Source: a virus. From it: a stretch of DNA of 56,865 bases. Numbering within the stretch: the first letter of the stretch is position 1; the number at the start of each line of letters is the position of its first letter. Position numbers and translations under genes: made by a program. The DNA lies in IMG/VR virus record IMGVR_UViG_3300023489_000004, positions 1 through 56,865 of that record; one strand, 5' to 3'. The notes under the pieces are model-generated. The model made no database searches and was not told where the DNA came from. It worked only from the letters and a program-made list of their open reading frames with translations. Of the stretch, positions 52,803 to 56,865 are shown piece by piece.

Positions 52803-53177
52803 ATGTCTTCTATGATCCGAATTGTACAAAAAGGGGATTTTAAGAAAACTGAGAAATTCCTTAAGGCCATGTCTAAAAGAAAATATTTACAGATCTTTAA
52901 CAAGTATGGCCAAAAAGGAGTTCAAGCTCTTTCTAGTGCTACCCCGGTTGATTCTGGAAAAACCGCATCTTCTTGGGATTACGAGATTCATGGAACATCT
53001 ATTTACTGGACCAATAGTAATATTAACAAAGGTGTTAACATTGCTGTAATTTTGCAATACGGACATGGTACTAGAAATGGCGGATATGTCCAAGGAAGAG
53101 ATTATATTAATCCTGCGATAAGGCCTATTTTTGATTCTATGGTAGATGAAATTTGGAAGGAGGTTACGTCAGCATGA
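52803..53177 (+). CDS. HK97 gp10-like protein
   Basis: NIAVILQYGHGTRNGGYVQGRDYINPAIRP. Confidence 0.55.
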   Translation: MSSMIRIVQKGDFKKTEKFLKAMSKRKYLQIFNKYGQKGVQALSSATPVDSGKTASSWDYEIHGTSIYWTNSNINKGVNIAVILQYGHGTRNGGYVQGRDYINPAIRPIFDSMVDEIWKEVTSA

Positions 53178-56100
53178 GTAGCGTTGATAATCGAGTTGTT
53201 GAGATGCAATTCGAGAATAAACAATTTGAGAGCGGCGTAGCGAAAACCCTTTCATCGGTTAAGAAGTTAAAAGAAGGTCTTAACTTTAAGGATTCCGCAG
53301 AATCTCTTAAGAATTTGGGATCCGTTTCCAAGAACGTAGACATGTCAAATCTTATTGGAGCAGTTGAATCGATCAAAGATAGGTTCTCGACGCTTGGCAT
53401 TATCGGCATGACGGTTCTTCAGAATATTGCTAACAAAGCGATAAGTGTCGGAAGCACGTTAACCAAATCTCTCACTTTGCAGCCTATTACAGAAGGTTTC
53501 GCTGAGTATGAGACTCAGATGAATGCCATTCAGACGATTCTTTCTAACACTCGTTCAGAAGGAACAAACATTCAGCAGGTTAACTCGGCGTTAGATGAGT
53601 TGAATCATTATGCCGATCAGACCATTTATAACTTTACTGAGATGACGAGAAACATCGGTACGTTTACTGCTGCCGGTGTGGATCTTAATACTTCAGTAAA
53701 TGCCATTCAGGGTATCGCTAACCTTGCCGCTGTTTCTGGTTCTAGTTCGCAACAGGCAAGTACTGCTATGTATCAGCTTTCTCAGGCACTTGCTACCGGT
53801 ACGGTTAAGTTGATGGACTGGAACTCGGTTGTTAATGCTGGTATGGGCGGTCAGGTATTTCAGGATGCTCTTAAAGAAACTTCTAAAGAACTTGGAACTG
53901 GTGCAGAAGCAGCCATTAAAGCCAATGGCTCATTCCGCGAATCTTTACAGACAGGCTGGTTGACTAGCCAAGTTCTTACTGAAACTCTTAAGAAGTTCAC
54001 TACTTCTGGTGCAATGGAGTGGGTTGCTAATTATTGTGATGTTTCTAAAGATGCCGTCCAATCAGCCTACGATCAAGCATACGCTAATTCTAAAGCTACC
54101 GATACTATCGGGAAGCAAAAAGATGCTATTGATGGTTGCGCTGAAGCCTTAGCCAAGCAAACCGGAAAGTCAAAAGATGCAATTAAAGAAACTTTATCCC
54201 TTGCTTATGATGCTCAGGATGCCGCAACTAAAGTAAAAACCTTCTCACAGTTGATTGATACTTTGAAAGAGGCTCTTGGTTCTGGTTGGACTAAGTCTTG
54301 GCAGATTATGATCGGCGACTTCGAAGAAGCTCGAGAAATGTGGACGAATGTTTCTGTCGTCCTTTCCGATATGATTAATAAATCAGCTGATGCTCGAAAT
54401 GCTCTACTGCAGGATTGGGCCAATCTTGGTGGACGAAAGGCCATTATCGACGGAATTGCTACGGCTTTTAATAATATCGTATCAGTAGCTGGAGCTGTTA
54501 GTAAAGCCTTTCGAGAAGTATTCCCGACCGTAACAGCTCAGCAATTGATGAATATTTCTAATGGGTTTAAAACCCTTATGGAAAAGATGAAACCATCAGA
54601 GCAGACATTATCTAACATCGGTCGAGTAGCCAAAGGTGTGTTTTCACTACTCGATTTAGCTGGAAAAGCGGTTTTTAATCTAGCAGAGGCATTCGGCAAA
54701 TTTGCTGCAAGTTCTGCTATCGCGTCGTTAGCCAAGGCCATCGGTGACATAGTTCTTAAACTAAGCGATTATTTGGTAGAACTCGATAAGGGCGCGACAA
54801 AAATAAACGTCTTTTCGAAGGCTATGGACGCGTTAATCGATGTGGTTTCTGGTTTTATCAACAAGGCCGGACAAATGGCTACGTCAATTCGAGAGAAAAT
54901 CGTTGGCGTTCTTAAAGATGCAAAAGACACAATAATCGATTTCGTTAATGGCGTTAAGAAAGAAACTTCCGAGGCTGATAACAACTCGAATGATTTGGTA
55001 AAACTCATAGCCGTTATTGGAGCTGTTGGAGCAGCTTTAAAGAAGGCAAATATTGTTAGCATTTTGCAAAAGATCGGAACGACGTTTCTCAAATTCTTCG
55101 GTAAGAAGAAGGCGTCTTCTTTATTCGATGATTTGGTTAAGCCGTTTCAAGAGTCGATGGATACGATAGCAAATTCTTTGCAGAATTTAACAAAGTCTGT
55201 CAAAGTTGGACAGTTATTAGCCATCGCAGCTGCCGTAGGAATTCTCGCTGGAAGCATAAAGACTCTCGGCGAAATGGATCCCATCCAATTGGGAATCGGT
55301 CTTGCTGGAATTGTTGCGGCTTTCGAGGCTCTTACTTTCGGCTTCAAACAACTATCAATCATGACCGGTAAGATGAACACAAAGGGTACTCTGAAATCTG
55401 CTGGTGTTATGATAGTTATGGCTGAGGCTATGAAAATCTTAGCCAAAGCTATGAAAATCTTAGCAGATTTGGATTTCCAGCAAATAGCACAAGGCGTGGC
55501 TGGTATTTCGATATTGATGAATCAAATGAGTAAATCGATTTCGAAATTAGACGGAATATCAGTCAAAGCTGGAGCTATTGCCGAGACTTTAGTTATGGCA
55601 TTAGCCGTTAAGTCTTTGGTCAAAGCACTAAAGAGCATTTCGGATCTTAAGCCAACTCAGATAGCTAAGGGTCTTGGTGGTCTTGCCGGATGCATGTTTA
55701 TGCTGGTAAAATCATTGAATAGTCTTGATGGTTTATCAATTAATGCCGGAGTTATTGTAGAAACCATTGCCGTTGCAGTATCGGTGAAAACTTTAGTAGA
55801 ATCGCTCAAGAGTATTTCAGATCTTAAGCCGACTCAGATAGCCAAGGGTCTTGGCGGTCTTGCCGGATGTTTAGTAGTATTGATAGAATCTTTAAAGGCT
55901 GTTAACAAAACAAGCGGTTCTTTAAAGAACATTGCAATATTGATTTCTTTGACAGCATCTGTTAAGAGCCTTGCCAAAACTTTAAAGACCATTTCGTCTA
56001 TGTCATGGGACGAGATCAAAAAGGGTCTCTTCGGAATGGCTGGAGCTTTTGCCGAGTTAGTTATTGTTATGAAGGCTTTGCCAAAAGTGCAGGGCTTTGA

Positions 56101-56865
56101 TGGACTTATGGCTGGCACAGGCATGGCTATAGTGGCCGATTCATTGAAGAACATTGTTGGGCCGTTTAAGCAAATCGCATCTATGTCCTGGGAAGAAATA
56201 ATTAGAGGCTTAGTCGGCATGGGCGGTGCTCTGGGCGAGTTGGCAGGTATTACTGGCCTCTTTGGAAAGCTAGCCGGATTCTCAGGTATTGTTGGTGCCG
56301 CAGGATTAGATATTGCTGTGCAAGCACTTAAGCCTACTGCTGATGCTCTTAATTCCTTAGCCGGTCTTGATTGGGAATCAATTAAGGTAGGACTCGTTGG
56401 TATCGGAGGAGTATTAGCCGAATTAGCGACAATTAGTGGCTTATTTGGAAAACTAGCCGGATTCTCGGGCATCGTTGGTGCTGCAGGATTGGATATCGCA
56501 GTTCAGTCACTTAAACCTACTGCTGATGCGCTTAATTCTTTAGCTGGTCTTAGTTGGGAATCAATTAAGGTAGGACTCGTTGGTATCGGAGGAGTATTAG
56601 CCGAATTAGCAACAATTAGTGGCTTATTCGGTTCCTTAGCTGGATTCTCCGGTATTGTTGGAGCTGCTGGATTAGACATTGCTGCTCAGTCACTTAAACC
56701 AGTGGCCGAGTCACTTAATTCCTTAGCGGGTCTTGGTTGGGACTCAGTGGTTAGTGGCTTAGTTGGTCTTGGAGGAGTATTAACAGAATTAGCTGTAATT
56801 AGTGGCTTATTCGGTTCCTTAGCTGGATTCTCCGGTATTGTTGGAGCTGCTGGATTAGACATTGC
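53174..56865 (+). CDS. Tail tape measure protein, N-terminal part (3'-open; continues at nt 1..2300)
   Basis: ATGA overlap with the upstream gene. The core YQLSQALATGTVKLMDWNSVVNAGMGGQVFQDAL is the TP901-type tape measure signature. No stop before the window end. Confidence 0.9.
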   Translation, partial: MSSVDNRVVEMQFENKQFESGVAKTLSSVKKLKEGLNFKDSAESLKNLGSVSKNVDMSNLIGAVESIKDRFSTLGIIGMTVLQNIANKAISVGSTLTKSLTLQPITEGFAEYETQMNAIQTILSNTRSEGTNIQQVNSALDELNHYADQTIYNFTEMTRNIGTFTAAGVDLNTSVNAIQGIANLAAVSGSSSQQASTAMYQLSQALATGTVKLMDWNSVVNAGMGGQVFQDALKETSKELGTGAEAAIKANGSFRESLQTGWLTSQVLTETLKKFTTSGAMEWVANYCDVSKDAVQSAYDQAYANSKATDTIGKQKDAIDGCAEALAKQTGKSKDAIKETLSLAYDAQDAATKVKTFSQLIDTLKEALGSGWTKSWQIMIGDFEEAREMWTNVSVVLSDMINKSADARNALLQDWANLGGRKAIIDGIATAFNNIVSVAGAVSKAFREVFPTVTAQQLMNISNGFKTLMEKMKPSEQTLSNIGRVAKGVFSLLDLAGKAVFNLAEAFGKFAASSAIASLAKAIGDIVLKLSDYLVELDKGATKINVFSKAMDALIDVVSGFINKAGQMATSIREKIVGVLKDAKDTIIDFVNGVKKETSEADNNSNDLVKLIAVIGAVGAALKKANIVSILQKIGTTFLKFFGKKKASSLFDDLVKPFQESMDTIANSLQNLTKSVKVGQLLAIAAAVGILAGSIKTLGEMDPIQLGIGLAGIVAAFEALTFGFKQLSIMTGKMNTKGTLKSAGVMIVMAEAMKILAKAMKILADLDFQQIAQGVAGISILMNQMSKSISKLDGISVKAGAIAETLVMALAVKSLVKALKSISDLKPTQIAKGLGGLAGCMFMLVKSLNSLDGLSINAGVIVETIAVAVSVKTLVESLKSISDLKPTQIAKGLGGLAGCLVVLIESLKAVNKTSGSLKNIAILISLTASVKSLAKTLKTISSMSWDEIKKGLFGMAGAFAELVIVMKALPKVQGFDGLMAGTGMAIVADSLKNIVGPFKQIASMSWEEIIRGLVGMGGALGELAGITGLFGKLAGFSGIVGAAGLDIAVQALKPTADALNSLAGLDWESIKVGLVGIGGVLAELATISGLFGKLAGFSGIVGAAGLDIAVQSLKPTADALNSLAGLSWESIKVGLVGIGGVLAELATISGLFGSLAGFSGIVGAAGLDIAAQSLKPVAESLNSLAGLGWDSVVSGLVGLGGVLTELAVISGLFGSLAGFSGIVGAAGLDI
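56276..56865 (+). repeat. High-identity 183-nt (61-aa) tandem repeats in the tape measure gene (copies at 56276, 56459, 56642 and 56825; the last continues at nt 56-197)
   Basis: Units GFSGIVGAAGLDIAxQxLKPxAxxLNSLAGLxWxSxxxGLVGxGGVLxELAxISGLFGxLA. Degenerate units of about 59-61 aa extend back to about 55.4 kb. A 69-nt exact repeat occurs at 56614-56682 and 56797-56865. Confidence 0.9.
56811..56865. repeat. Terminal 55-nt overlap, identical to 1..55
   Basis: Exact identity. Confidence 0.95.

Noticed and set aside
1-56865. A lysogeny module (integrase, CI-like repressor, attP).
   Set aside because: No tyrosine or serine recombinase motifs were seen in any frame. The only HTH regulator is a 66-aa XRE protein within the early operons. 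All genes are co-oriented. The phage is probably virulent, though an episomal lifestyle cannot be excluded from sequence alone.

Overview
This window looks like a complete, circularly closed genome of about 56.8 kb from a tailed dsDNA phage with a long non-contractile tail. The host is probably a low-GC Gram-positive bacterium, judged from the GAAAGGAG-type Shine-Dalgarno sites, a GH25 endolysin, a phi-LC3-like holin and a Listeria-Bacteroides repeat. The first 55 nt are identical to the last 55 nt. One roughly 1978-aa tape measure ORF runs off the 3' end and continues in frame at the 5' end. All credible genes are on the + strand, and I found no integrase or lysogeny module. Layout: (i) Tail and lysis genes at 1-13.1 kb: tape measure C-terminus, Dit, Tal-like 1422-aa protein, receptor-binding candidates, endolysin, holin. 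(ii) An early/accessory region at 13.1-31.2 kb, dense with small ORFs and paralogues. It carries 11 copies of a rigid promoter motif (TCGCG-N14-TATAAT), many intrinsic terminators, three tandem promoter/short-RNA/T-tract units, and several ORFs broken by in-frame stops. (iii) A replication module at 31.2-41.3 kb: an iteron-rich origin, a 1352-aa fusion of SF3 helicase, AEP primase and family-B polymerase, an SSB-like protein, an SF2 helicase, two nucleases, and an 899-aa single-chain two-barrel (YonO/RdRP-like) RNA polymerase. (iv) An HNH homing endonuclease, tRNA-Leu(UAA) and dCTP deaminase. (v) The packaging/head/tail module at 42.8-56.8 kb. The most notable signals are the phage-encoded two-barrel RNAP and a strand-specific motif confined to the late region (ATCAAAATGGRAG, 10 exact core copies). 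Others are an N-terminal motif shared by the RNAP and three head-module proteins, the fused replisome protein, and the tandem candidate sRNA units. All functional calls come from motif recognition by eye; no database search was run.
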